Notes under the pieces: model-generated
Told to the model about the DNA's origin: nothing
What the model saw: only the letters and a program-made list of their open reading frames with translations
Database searches by the model: none
In this document: positions 1-12,400 of the stretch, one piece after another
Position numbering within the stretch: the stretch's first letter is position 1
Layout: every line of letters starts with the position of its first letter
Assembly (NCBI RefSeq): GCF_006345805.1
Contig: NC_043002.1
Location: 38,440,001-38,504,000 of the forward strand
Reading direction: 5' to 3'
DNA length: 64,000 nucleotides
From: Octopus sinensis
Lineage: Eukaryota
Position numbers and translations under genes: made by a program

Positions 1-165
1 AAGAAAGATCAGATATGATTATAGAAGACAAAATAAAGAAACGGTCTAAAATCAGAGATCTGACAATTCCCTATGACAGCAGAGTCGATGTCATATAATT
101 CATCACAAATTAGAAATATCTGGATCTAATCAGAGAGATGTAGAGAATGTAGAGTACTAAAACAT
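1..165 (+). mobile_element. Degenerate R4/Dong-like non-LTR retrotransposon fragment (restriction-like endonuclease region), cut by window edge
   Basis: Frame 3 reads ERSDMIIEDKIKKRSKIRDLTIPYDSRVDV, parallel to KPDIVVKDQNNKVCLLIDMSI of the intact copy at 1158-2030. Confidence 0.55.
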
Positions 166-315
166 CAATTATTACAGTGGTAATTGGTGCACTTGTCACC
201 AAACCTCAAGGTAACTTTCCGGCTACATAGATTAGCATGTACAAGCTTGATGGTGACGATGATGATGATGATGATCATGATAAGACTAACAAAAACAGAG
301 ACAACAACAACAACA

Positions 316-317
316 AC

Positions 318-371
<54 letters not shown>

Positions 372-379
372 AATAATTA

Positions 380-416
<37 letters not shown>

Positions 417-468
417 TATAATAATAATAATAATAATAATAATAATTATAATAATAATAATAATAATA
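316..468 (+). repeat. (AAT)n microsatellite, preceded by (GAT)n and (CAA)n tracts
   Basis: Directly visible; source of the poly-I/poly-Y ORFs. Confidence 0.98.
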
Positions 469-469
469 A

Positions 470-990
470 AGACTTGTGAATGTCTTGCGCAGAAAGAGTA
501 CAAGCGCAGACTCGACAAAGTAACCCAAAACCGTCACTGATTACTATGCCTGAAGTATGGCTACGAGGTAACGGGTGATTGGTAACGACACACACCGGAA
601 AAGGTAATGGACAAAAGGGGGAAGGCAAAATTCCTCTGAGACTTTGGAGTCCAGACAAAGTGTTAGAGCCCTGAAGGCCAAATATAGTAACCTTTTGGAG
701 GGACAAACGTGATTGAATAAAAATCGACGTGTCAGTGCCAGGAGATCGATATATTATCATGAAAGAAGAAAAGATTTATGATATGGAAACCTGAGAATTG
801 AGATCGGCAAGATGTGGCAGCTACGAGAGTCAAACATAAAGTTTGTCCCTGTTGTCATCGGAGCATTGGATTCAATACCACCCAACCTGAAAACTTTAGA
901 AATAACCTACAATCTAGGTGTATTACAAAAATCGGCATACAGGAACTGCACGCGTATTGCGTAAAGTAACGTTAGTCTGAGAGTCTGAGG
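470..990 (+). mobile_element. Degenerate 5'-truncated R4/Dong-like REL retrotransposon
   Basis: TCECLAQKEYKRRLDKVTQNRH*LLCLKYGYEVTGDW*RHTPEKV...KFL*DFGVQT matches the C-x-LA...RHD...W...ILWDF block; stops and frameshifts; followed by (TAA)n. Confidence 0.8.
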
Positions 991-1047
991 TCTTTGTGAG
1001 TTGATAAACATTTCAAACATTAAATAATAATAATAATGATAATAATA

Positions 1048-1091
<44 letters not shown>

Positions 1092-1094
1092 TTA

Positions 1095-2240
1095 ATAAGC
1101 TTCATTAAGAAGCTTCATTCTATCATAAAGGAAAGCAAAAAATTTGCTATTGATCTCGTGCAGGATACCCAAACTGAACAACCCGAGGGAAGTACGGCAA
1201 CTATTGTTGCAAAGAAGGTGAAAATGATGGCAATGAAAAAAGCGCACGAGCAATTGGCTGATAGGTGGGAGGAGAAGCCTCTGCACGGCAAATATGTGAC
1301 CCGCAGCAAACAAGCTGATGTTGACCAGAAGCAAACCCATCAGTGGCTACGGAGCTCAGGGCTAAAAGCAGAGAGCGAAGGTTTCATCCTGGCTGCTCAA
1401 GATCAAAGCCTATTAACCCGGAACTACCAGGCCAATGTGATGAAAAATGGAGCAGACCCAAAATGCCGATCCTGCAACGACATGATTGAAACAGTGGACC
1501 ACCTAATCTCTGGATGTAAAGTCTTAGCACCAGTGGAGTATAAATTAAGACATGACAGAGTTGGCCAATATCTCCACTGGCTAATAAGTCGGCATTACAA
1601 TATCAAAACTGCCGACAAGTGGTATAATCACCACTCTGAGGCTGTAACTGAAGGAGAAAATGTAACCATTCTGTGGGACTTTCCAGTACATACAGACCGA
1701 ACCATCAAGGCCAATAAACCAGATATTGTTGTGAAAGACCAAAACAATAAAGTTTGCTTATTGATCGACATGAGCATCCTCTGTGATCATAATATCTCAG
1801 CGAAAGAGTTTGACAAGCTCAGAAAATATAAAGACCTACTCATTGAAATTGAGAAAATGTGGCATCTCAAGGCGGTTACAATACCAGTGATCGTAGGAGC
1901 ACTAGGAATGATCAAGAAGGGAACCGAAAATTATATGAGAATGATCCCTGGCTTACCATCCCTGCAAGAAGTGCAAAAGATTGTCTTAACTGGTACATCA
2001 CACGTATTGAGAAGAGCATTGTCGATGTGAGAACTGTTGCTGCTCATGTATTTTAATTTAACTTTAAAAAAAAAATGAAAAAAAAAAAATGAACGAACTA
2101 CTGAGTTTGGTTTAATGGCCTACCAATGTATACTATGAGCTTCTTTGCCCTAGGAGTCGGGAAGACACTCGGCAAGAAATGGAAGCAAATTTGAAAGAAG
2201 AAAAAAAAAGTAATGATAATAATAATAATAATAATAATAA
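1095..2240 (+). mobile_element. 5'-truncated R4/Dong-clade non-LTR retrotransposon inserted in (TAA)n
   Basis: Uninterrupted C-terminal ORF, ~190-bp 3'UTR, (AAT)n tail, (TAA)n on the 5' side; 10-bp duplication AAGCTTCATT at the 5' junction. Confidence 0.9.
1158..2030 (+). CDS. C-terminal part of an R2/R4-type ORF: CCHC zinc knuckle plus PD-(D/E)xK restriction-like endonuclease (frame stays open upstream to ~1107; GTG is not a true start)
   Basis: CRSC...ETVDHLISGC, RHD, ILWDF, KPDIVV...LLIDMS, KYKDL motifs. Confidence 0.88.
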   Translation: MQDTQTEQPEGSTATIVAKKVKMMAMKKAHEQLADRWEEKPLHGKYVTRSKQADVDQKQTHQWLRSSGLKAESEGFILAAQDQSLLTRNYQANVMKNGADPKCRSCNDMIETVDHLISGCKVLAPVEYKLRHDRVGQYLHWLISRHYNIKTADKWYNHHSEAVTEGENVTILWDFPVHTDRTIKANKPDIVVKDQNNKVCLLIDMSILCDHNISAKEFDKLRKYKDLLIEIEKMWHLKAVTIPVIVGALGMIKKGTENYMRMIPGLPSLQEVQKIVLTGTSHVLRRALSM

Positions 2241-2241
<1 letters not shown>

Positions 2242-2271
<30 letters not shown>

Positions 2272-2396
2272 AAGAAGAAGAAGAAGAAGAAGAAGAAGAA
2301 GAAGAAGAAGAAGAAGAAGAAGAAGAAGAAGAAGAAGAAGAAGAAGAAGAAGAAGAAGAAGAAGAAGAAGAAGAAGAAGAAGAAGAAGAAGAAGAA
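2242..2396 (+). repeat. (AAG)n microsatellite
   Basis: Directly visible. Confidence 0.98.
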
Positions 2397-2400
2397 TAGT

Positions 2401-2635
2401 GCGGGGAGCTGGCAGAATCGTTAGCACGCCGGGCGGAATGCTTAGCGGTATTTTGTCTGATGTTACGTTCTGAGTTCAAATTCCGCCGAAGTCGACTTTG
2501 CCTTTCATCCTTTCGGGGTCGATTAAATAAATACCAGTTACGCACTGGGGTCGGTGTAATCGACTTAATCCGTTTGTCTGTCCTTGTTTGTTCCCTCTGT
2601 GTTTAGCCCCTTGTGGGTAGTAAAGAAATAGATAT
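2401..2635 (+). mobile_element. tRNA-derived SINE, family A (octopus-type), near full length
   Basis: Head GAGCTGGCAGAATCGTTAG...GAGTTCAAATTCC (A/B-box-like), core GTCGACTTTGCCTTTCATCCTTTCGGGGTCGAT, tail GTGGGTAGTAAAGAAATA; other copies in the window. Confidence 0.9.
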
Positions 2636-3498
2636 TTGTATAAAGATAATGCTCAACACATTCGTGAAAGTCACGCATTAGGATAGAGTAATTTGTCCGT
2701 ACAATCAGCATCGGGTTTCCCCTGATACATTATTTTATAGGCTTCTTTAATCTCGATGGAATTCGATCTTAGAGCGTCAAGATCCGGAACAAATACTACA
2801 AAGCATTTTGTCCGGCATTCTACCGATTCTTCAATGTATTTATTTTCCCCAGTTCAGTTTTGTTAATAATGGATGCATATCTCAACTGGCTGTTCTTGAA
2901 ACAACCAATTCATTATGTTGTTGTTACACAGCTTCGTGTTGACATGACTTTCTCTAAAATATCTGAGTATATGCACGTCTTTATTAATAGATTTATTTAA
3001 GGAGGAATGCTTGTGATACTTCCTGACTACTGTCAGACATACTGACTGTCTGGCAGCATCGGAATACAAAACATTCATTATAGAGTCTGAGTAACGGGAC
3101 AGTTGTCTAAATCAGTAAAAGCAAAACTATCTGTATTCTGATCAAAGAAAACAACCAATAATTAATAACGAACATCAAGGAAATACTGCTTGGGAAAATT
3201 ATGTCAATCACCTTACACTGAAATAGTGCATTTTGAATTGGTTGCATTTTTCTCTATAGTCGGAAAACTAACCTTATAACAGCACTATAAATAACAACAA
3301 CGTGTCACTTGATATTCATACAATTCTTTTTTATTGGTTAGATATAATTTTCCGGTTTAATTTGATTTTTTTTCTTTGCCATACGTTCTGCGTGCAGAAT
3401 ATTTCACTGCAGCAGGTCTGTTGTTGAATAATTATTTTAACCATTTTCGAACACATAAATATTCTTACATTCACGTTTCATTTAAATATTTATAATAC

Positions 3499-3724
3499 TG
3501 TGAAGTATATTTGCCACTTAAATGTGGCTAACCACTAAGGGTGGATGCTACTGTAGCTTATAGCCCCAGGAGAACATCTTCTCCAGCTGGCTATTGACAC
3601 ACTTTCTGTGCCCTATACAGAAAGTGTGTCAACAGCCAGCTGGAGATGTTCTCCTGGGGCTACAAGCTACAGTAGCATCCACCCTTAGTGGTTAGCCACA
3701 TTTAAGTGGCAAATATACTTCACA
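3499..3724. repeat. 226-bp near-perfect fold-back palindrome (7-nt loop at 3610-3616)
   Basis: Arms are reverse complements with 2 substitutions and one 3-nt indel. Confidence 0.95.
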
Positions 3725-5889
3725 TTGTCGTGCAGCTACTGTTTATACCTCGTTCAGAGATTTATTATTTGTAATACTGTCCACTTTAAAATAATAAAAA
3801 TTTCGTCGCACGTTCCCATCTTAGTCACTGACACAAATCCACTGCATCAGCAGTTATGCCTCATTCATAGGATTGTTAGGGACTTAGTTGCAGAAGTGCA
3901 GTGAAACTTTTTTCCACTTCATAATACACTGCATTATTAAGGAGTAAGCAAAAAGTCAATTTGATGGTTTTTGTGTATTTTGAAATGGCTAAAATGACTC
4001 TTCTACTATGTAAATCCTTTAATTTAAATACACTTCTCCGATTAAGTCACTAGTCAATCATGTACATTCCTGAAATTACCAATGACAATTTACTGAGTCG
4101 TTCTTTGAAAGGACATTGAAAATAACTATGTTTGAAATATATTTCAAAGTTGATCTGTGTGAATTACTTTAGACTGCTTGGGACATAATTTTTATATTAT
4201 CTTACACCCCTTTATATGTTTATTTTTAACATTAAAATAATAATTGCTCATATTATACTTCATTTATTACCTTTGATTGAAGCAATTACACCATCCACTT
4301 ATTTATAATTTGTAGTTGGATTAACTACATAAGTTTATTACTATAAGTTCAGCAGCTCGGTGATTTTATACTTTCTATTTCTTGGTTACGCTATATTTTA
4401 TTGAAATGATATATCATTTGGATGAAAATTAAGGATTTGACGTATAGCGGTGATTTAACAACTAACTTTTTATTGGACTTATTCTATGCTAAGTACTTAA
4501 CTGAAGACAAGGATAAGATTACATCAGAAGCATTCTCTGTAAATTGTAATGGTGCAAGTAATATAATAGCCCTATCATAGAAACCGACTTTCAAGAAGAA
4601 CGTTCAAGGGAGGGTTTAGATATAAAGGAGCAAACTGAAAAGCGTTTATACATAACAATAACTTAACTCCACGATCAAACTAAGATAGGAACAAAACAGT
4701 GAGGCAAGCAAAATTAGAATTGGATATAAAAGCATTGAAGCATGTGAATACAAGGATGTTAATGTGACCAATGAAATTCGTCGTATTGTCACGAGTATTG
4801 TCACGATAAATACACCGCTGCATCAAGAGAAAAGTTACGTTCTTATTCCACTGGGGGATCACAGTTTTATTCTCTCACACAAAATGTTTGCATTCAGCGC
4901 ACTTTGCTTTGTTGAAGCGCGAGCAAATAGCACATAATCACTTAATCAAAGAGAGAGGCATACAGACAGAGAGAACGAGAGACAGAAAGAGAGAGCTATG
5001 TGAGGTTCTTTATTTTCATTGATCATAAATTACAAAGAATTGATTTTAGACGTTTCCTGAATCTACACACAATTACAGTATTTGCTATTTGGTTATGAAT
5101 TCTCTGCTGCTTGTTAAATGACGCGTGAAAATTAAGAGTCCATAATATTACAGGAATGATACTTAATAATTTAGGTAAAAAAAAAGGACACCTTTAACAA
5201 ATAGCAAACTTAAAAACACTTCAGGTTCATTGATACAAAGCAAACACACTTAGAAAAAGAAACACGAAACAACGTTTCGCTTGTAACATAACAAAACACT
5301 TCAGACATTTAACAAAAACATTTTGTAAACACCATGCCGCATAGTGTATGCACACACAGTCAAAGCTAACTTTTTACTGATAAATCATTCATTATTTTCT
5401 ACATCTAAAGCTTTCCGAATAAAGCTTTGAAAATCACTGATTCGAATCCTCTGAAAGAATTATTAACAAAAATGTATCTTAGTTATCTGAAAGTAAAACG
5501 TTAAACTCATTAATTGGACACTTATTGTATCCACTAAACAATATATGTTCTCAGAATAGTTCTTGTTAGTTGTTATGGTGTTGGCAGTGGTAACAATGAT
5601 AGTGGCGTTGCTATTACTTTTGGTGATAGTTGAGTAAAAGGGTTCAAACACTGACTACTCTGTATTTTTTCTTTTATATCTACGGTCAGAAATAACAGTT
5701 AAGTATACCTTAACTTACATCTTAATACTAAATAACTTTTCCTAATTACTTGTCCTGATTATTCCCCCACAGTAAAAACGATAGGATGGTCGTGGCTGGA
5801 ATGTCGTTAATTATTTCTTTGCTCAATCAATGTTCATCTGGATCCAAATAAAAGCAAAATCAACAAAAATAAAATCAATTCAATTGTGC

Positions 5890-6270
5890 TGTTGTTTAGA
5901 AGAACATGAATTTGGCAGAGTTGTTAAAATTGCAAAAATAACAGAATAAAGAGATATATTTGAAATGAATGGTAACACACCGCCTCAAAGTAGCAAATGA
6001 CAAATGTTCGATGAGGAAGGCAACATAAGCATATAAAACATTAAAGAAAAAATTTTCAATGGAACTAGAGATTCTATAAAGTTTTCCAGCTCCAAAAATG
6101 CCGCAGCTTTTCTTTCCGGAACCTGAGTTAGGATACACTCCAGCATCACCCATGAGCTAAGTGGAGTTGTCTAATTCATAGCCAAAGTGATGTTGAAAGA
6201 AGCATACTTGACAGAATGGGGTCTAAGGGCGTCGGAAAGTAGAGTAATTTCTTGAATAAGCTGATAACAT
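5890..6270 (-). mobile_element. Possible decayed hAT transposase fragment
   Basis: Minus frame LAMN*TTPLSSWVMLECIL...LELENFIESLVPLKIFSL resembles the hAT TRW-S-x-MLERLL...L.P.K block; has stops. Confidence 0.3.
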
Positions 6271-7732
6271 GTACCTTAGGTGTAATAGCTAAATATAATA
6301 TAATTGTAAAATCCCTGCCGGATTTAACCATCGTTAGTTGAGATTTTTATTGTAAATACATATTCATGCAACAAAAGAGGTAGTGTTGGATAAATTCACA
6401 CATCAACTCATGTTGAATATAACTTTAATATTATACAAACCATTGCATTCTATTCACGTGATCATAGTTCTATTCTTAAACTCTGCATTTCCATAAGATT
6501 AAACTTCGTTAAACACACTGAATCTGATTCTAATTTCTTTGACCTGAGTCATTACAATAATTTTAGCAAACATTTCAGGTGTCGTTCCTTCGAAATGTTC
6601 CTGAAGATTCTGAATTACAAAGTTTTAGCCCATATTTTATTCCACATTGATGAGCCTTTTCTTATTATATAAATTCTTTTACATTATCTATGTGTATGTG
6701 TGTTTGTGAGAGAGAGAAAGAGAGAGAGTATGTGTTTGCATGTTTGTGCACATGTGTGTACGTGCGTGCCTGTGCATGTACTCGACTGAATGTCGGTATT
6801 GCTACGTTAATGACTTCGTGAGAAGAGGTTTGAGACTCAATTGGCTAAGTTTGTTCTCTCATTTTTATCAGTTATTATCTGTTATTACCAGTAATTTGTA
6901 ATATCTTTTGTTTCGTGTTTAATCCTACTTGAAAAATATCTTCGTGAACTGAATCTCCTATTCACCCACATTATCTAAATTGTCTGACTCCAACACGTTT
7001 TCCCTGTCGGTTTACTGGATATGCAAGTGTGTGTGTTATATAATATTTCTGTTTTACTGATGTTCATTGATGATTTTAGTTTTGTGTCTACATGTGCGAA
7101 AATAACTGAAATAGCCAAATGATGACTCTTTCTGGCATAAAAGTCACATCACAGCCACAAAATCTTTCAAAATTCGTACGTTCTTTTGTACCCTCACTGA
7201 AAAAAAAGTCCAAAAGCTACTGTCATTTCATGCTGCGAGCAGAATTATATAACTATCGATGTAAACATTGCCGACAGTCAAACTGTAGGTGTGTGTTTGT
7301 TAAATATGATAATCAATATTTAAGCAAACATTTCAAACTATTAAATTTGTATACGTTTTATTTTTATTATATTTGAAATATAGTTATATATTTTAGTTAT
7401 TCTGTCATCAAAGCCTCCGGGACTCTTCTTTTTATTGTTGTGGTGTATCTTTGTCATATCTTTTGAATTTTCATTTCTTTATTCCAAAATTCTACTTTCT
7501 ATTTTCCATTTATATTCTTATACTTGTTTTTAATCTATCACCCCCATCCTTCGCAGATTTTCAAGAGAAATGATTTTTATGATATAGCTTACGGATAAAC
7601 AAACAACCCGTATGTATCAATTTATCTAAATATCTACTTCTCTGAATATATATGCATTCATCTATCTATCTATCTAACTACATATATGTGTTAATGAGGC
7701 ATATCAGTTAAACACAATCTCCTTTAGTATGA

Positions 7733-7734
<2 letters not shown>

Positions 7735-7810
<76 letters not shown>
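7735..7810 (+). repeat. (GT)n microsatellite
   Basis: Directly visible. Confidence 0.98.
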
Positions 7811-7811
<1 letters not shown>

Positions 7812-7814
<3 letters not shown>

Positions 7815-8095
7815 AAAGTTTGCCAGGAGTCAGGATATATTCCACTGAAGGTGCTTACAAAATATCGTCACAGGTACCTGGAGATATAAAATCACAGATG
7901 AAAAAATTCTTCTACGATATAAAACTCAGATACTGCAAAATACGGTGGCTCTGCGTTGATTGAGCCCAGCGGACATGCAAAGACTACAATGACGTAGATA
8001 TTAGAAAGAGAACGGTAAAGGACTGGGGGAAAGCATTGCAGGTACGCTGGATGAGGAGCGTAGAAAAATGGGGTAGATCAACTTCACTGGCGGAA
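7812..8095 (+). mobile_element. Decayed RTE-type LINE C-terminal fragment
   Basis: TWRYKITDEKILLRYKTQILQNTVALR*LS resembles the RTE W.D.ITNEEVL...RRLRW.GH block. Confidence 0.45.
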
Positions 8096-8204
8096 GCTTG
8101 ACTCATTTGGGATTTATATATCTGTATGTGTGTATGTATGTGTGTCTGAGTGTGTGTGTTTCTGTATGCATGTATGTGTGTGCGTGTGTGTGTGTGTGTG
8201 TGTA

Positions 8205-8490
8205 TGAAAGCGCGCGACTAACTGGTTAGGGTATGCTACTCACGATCATAAGGTAGTGAGTTCGCTTCCTGGTGGCGCGTTGTGTCCTTAAGCAATACAT
8301 TATTTCATGTTGCTCCAGTTCACTTAGCTAGCATAAATGAGTTGTACTTGTAGATCGAAGGGCTGGCCTTAACTCCCTGTGAACTATGTTAAGCATACGT
8401 TTGTACGTTGAGTACTCGGCCACTTGCACATAAATTTCATGAAGAGACTGCTCCGTTGATCGGATAAACTGAAAATGTTGTCGTAAATTA
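8205..8490 (+). mobile_element. tRNA-derived SINE, family C (degenerate); second partial copy at ~11886-12000
   Basis: TGGTTAGGG...GTGAGTTCG head, then GTTGTGTCCTTAAGCAA...GTTGCTCCAGTTCACT core. Confidence 0.7.
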
Positions 8491-8504
8491 GTGAGTGCCA
8501 TTTG

Positions 8505-8703
<199 letters not shown>

Positions 8704-9069
8704 TATTATTAATAGTTTAAAAAATCATATGGTAAATATGGATGTATAAACGCCTACACATCAATGCTTGTGTACTATCGGTTATATGTAATAATTCTAT
8801 AAGTATGAAAGGGTATACCTTAATGTGCCATTTATATATACGAATACCATGAAGAAATCTTGCGAAACAGAGTTTATTGTAACGAGATACATCTTGAAAT
8901 CACCTGAGGAGACACATCTACACAGACAGATACACCTAAAATAGATACTCAATATCGCACCCACGGGGGTATTGATATTTGATGGGTCGAAACAACTATA
9001 GTGATCAATAAAGATTTTCGTATCTTCCATCTTCCATCTTCCATCTCTCTTATTAATCATAATTATATG

Positions 9070-9289
9070 CAGTAATCCCTCGCCATATCGCTGTTCACCT
9101 ATCACGGTGTATTATTTAAGCTTACATCGATTCTTTTGTGTTGTTTTGCATATCTATAAGAAAATTTATATATACGATTTATAAAAATAATTTTAAAAAC
9201 TACAGTACAGTACTGTCTCTACTTCACGGATTTCCACCTGTCAAGGGAGGTTTCAGAACGTAACACATGCAATAGTCGAGGGATTACTG
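9070..9289. mobile_element. Tigger/pogo-like MITE
   Basis: TIR CAGTAATCCCTCG...CGAGGGATTACTG; second copy at ~59723-59940. Confidence 0.8.
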
Positions 9290-9299
9290 CATATTTATA

Positions 9300-9375
<76 letters not shown>

Positions 9376-10283
9376 AATTCCTCGACTATATATATAGGTG
9401 TGTATACGTCCATATATACATAGACATACATACACAAATATAAACTACACGAAAGCACAAATGTATGGTTAATTCCAAATCTCACTCAACACATTTCAAC
9501 AGCGTAGTTTATTACCAAATACGAAGTCTATTTTATTGCATATTCGATAACATAACATAAATTTTTATTGTACGCAAATACACATTTTCATCAAAGTATT
9601 CTACCGAATATTTTTAACAAAATACAATGAATCTATGGGGGCACATATATAATTGGTAACTTACAGAATGGAAAAAGAATTTTCAAAGTGAAATGTACTT
9701 ATTAAACTTGGCGACCGATCAAACACCAAAGCAACTGAAGTAATGTATGGGTATCTTGGAGGAGAGTGGTTAATTCATATGTTGGAATTTACGGTTAAGT
9801 GGTATTTTGATAAACAGTTAATGTCTAATAAAAAACAATACAGTTATCTTCAAAGCAAGTAAAACAATCATCCAAATTGGCTGGGATTTCAAATGACATC
9901 AGGAGACTGAAAATATGTGTTCTTAATACTATTGATAAAAAATATTTGTTAGACAGAGTTGCTGGAGTAGCACAGTCGCTGTTGCTATACATCCTAAGTT
10001 CTGATGATTTTCTTTAGATTAAAACTGTAGTTTATATAAGGTTACTTCTTCATTTAAAATTGTTTGTCTCATTGCTGTTTATTAATTCTATATTGATCTA
10101 GGTTTAACCATTTACTTTATATTATATGAATTGTAAATCTAATTTTCCCCCCAATTGTACAATGGTTACACCTGTGACTGTACTATTCTATTATCTAATT
10201 AAATTAATTTTATATTTCATTCTTTGTTATATCTATATAGGTTAATCCTATGCCGTCTTTAGTCAGGGTATTTAGAATATGTG

Positions 10284-10434
10284 GCAAAGCCGAGGTCGAC
10301 TTTGCCTTTCATCCTTTCGGGGTCGATAAATTAAGTACCAGTTACGCACTGGGGTCGATGTAATGGACTTAATACCTATGTCTGTCCTTGTTTGTCCCCT
10401 CTGTGTTTAGCCCCTTGTGGGTAATAAAGAAATA
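10284..10434 (+). mobile_element. 5'-truncated family A SINE with 17-bp target-site duplication
   Basis: GGTATTTAGAATATGTG at 10267-10283 and 10435-10451 flanks the 3' half of the SINE. Confidence 0.9.
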
Positions 10435-10513
10435 GGTATTTAGAATATGTGTGTGTATGTATTTAAGCATACATATGGTATTTTTAGCATACACATGTTA
10501 AGGGTATAAATCA

Positions 10514-11403
10514 TACGTGGTTGTATGACTAGCTCCCAGACTAGTTCTGTAGAATACCAACATATGACAGCACGCGGTTGCGTGCGCAGTGAGATCTAGC
10601 TGTGATATTCGTGAGACAGGAGAGAGTGCCGACTAACATCGCTGTGGTAACTTCGCAAGTTGTGAAATTTCTGTCTTTGTGATCACGTGTACGCTGTAGT
10701 CTGCAATTTTGTCATGGACAGGAGCAATGAGCCAATGTGAAATTTTGCGTTAAACTTGGGAAGTGGGCTACAGGACATTGAGCATGCTTCGGCAAGATTA
10801 CAGTGACGGAACAATGGCTCGTACGCAATGATTTTGAGCGGTACGAGCGCTCCAAAAGCAGAAAAAACGTCCCTGGAAGGCTATGGGCAATCTGGAAGAC
10901 TACTACGAACGTTATCCCCGGAAATGTGGTATTGTGCACCTAGAATTGTCCAGCAGTTCAGAACGTCAATCGCGAGTATTCCTGCGATGTTTTGAAGCGT
11001 TTGAGGGAGGAATTTAGGCGAAAGTGACCGGATTTTTGGAGCGCGAACAATTGGATTCTTCACCGGCTTCTCTTCACTCGTGAACTTCTCGCGAGAAACA
11101 ATATGGTATTGCTTCAACACCTACCCTATTCGCCAGATTTAGCCGTTGGAGAATTTTATCTCTTTCCTAAGATGAAAATGCAGTTTAAAAGTCGCTGCGT
11201 TAACACCTTAGTCGAAATCCAAAGTGAATTGCAGAAGGTCGTCGAGTCGCTTACCGGATTCCTAAAGTGGTAGGAACGCTGGGACTGATGTATTGTTCCG
11301 CAAGGTAACTATTTCGAAGGCGACGATGTTAAAACTTATTTAAATATGTTATTTTTTTTTTATTAAACATCACTCGTCCGAGAAGCTTTTGATACCACCG
11401 CAT
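10514..11403 (+). mobile_element. Internally deleted mariner (DD34D-type) element
   Basis: LQHLPYSPDLAVGEFYLFPKMK...ERWD*CIVPQGNYFEGD; degenerate TIRs; homologous to 27178-28088. Confidence 0.85.
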
Positions 11404-12214
11404 ATTTCTTAAAAACAGACAGGCTTCAGTTTTTCCTGGTGCCCGACAAAATATAACTGTACAACAATAATCCAATTGTTCTAATTACTGCTCCAAGTGT
11501 TATATAAATTGGATGATGATAACATATCCAATATAAAGAAGTAACCTTAGCTCGGGCGAACGCTGTGGAGACGAGAGTAATTTTAGAGAATGAGTTTTGA
11601 TAGAAAATAAGTGTAAGATTTATGAATATGTTAAAATCTATTGTTGAGATGTGGATCATTCGAAGGAAGTGGTTTCTACGAAATGCTTATGAGTGATTTG
11701 GGAAATCTCAGGAACAACGTGTAATGAGGTTGTGTAGGTGTTCTTTGAAGGAACCTAATGTATTCCCCATGTAAGTGAGAACCTCTGAAAGTGTTTCATG
11801 TTGCTACTCCAATATCATATTTAATTTTAATAATAATTTGTTTATTTTGCGTTCGAAACTCTTCATAATTATTATTATTCATGTGAAGGTGCGTGACCTA
11901 GTGATTAGGATGTTGTAATCATGATCGCTAGATAGTGAGTTCGGTTAGCGGACTGGTTGGTACATGATGTTCTTCAGTAACACACATCATTTCACATTGT
12001 TCTGCGAACATTTCGACATTTGGCGCGTGGTGGGCGTGTGCAGGAAATGACGATTTGATTGAGGGATTGAGCACATACATTTGACCACTACGAATAAACC
12101 ATTTGTGCAGATCGTTCTGCAAAAACCGAAAGCCCATACGTCTTCTTCGACGGGAGATGCCATCTTCAACATCAAGATCATAATCGTCGTTGTTGTTGTT
12201 GTTGTTAAGGTAAC

Positions 12215-12400
12215 GAGCTAGAAGTAGCGTTATCACGCTAATTCTTAGTTGTATTTCGTCCTGCTGCATTTACGTTCTAAGTTCAAATTCGGACGAGGTT
12301 GACTTTACCTTTCATCTTTTCAGGATCAAAAAAATAAGTAACATTTGAGTACTCGTCTTGTCTCCTTCCTTGAAGCTTCTGGCCTTTTACCAAATTTTGA
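12215..12400 (+). mobile_element. Degenerate family A SINE followed by (TTA)n
   Basis: GTTCTAAGTTCAAATTCGGACGAGGTTGACTTTACCTTTCATC core. Confidence 0.7.

Noticed and set aside
4345-4940. Coding-looking + strand segment (MKIKDLTYSGDLTTNFLLDLFYAKY... and IGYKSIEACEY...), with a good minus-strand acceptor TTTTCTCTTGATGCAG near 4818
   Set aside because: In-frame stops and a frameshift, no recognisable domain, no consistent exon structure; would need tBLASTn or RNA-seq.
5250-5320. Minus-strand CUGAAGU...GAAACGUU HHR-like string
   Set aside because: A9 is missing and there is no helix I.
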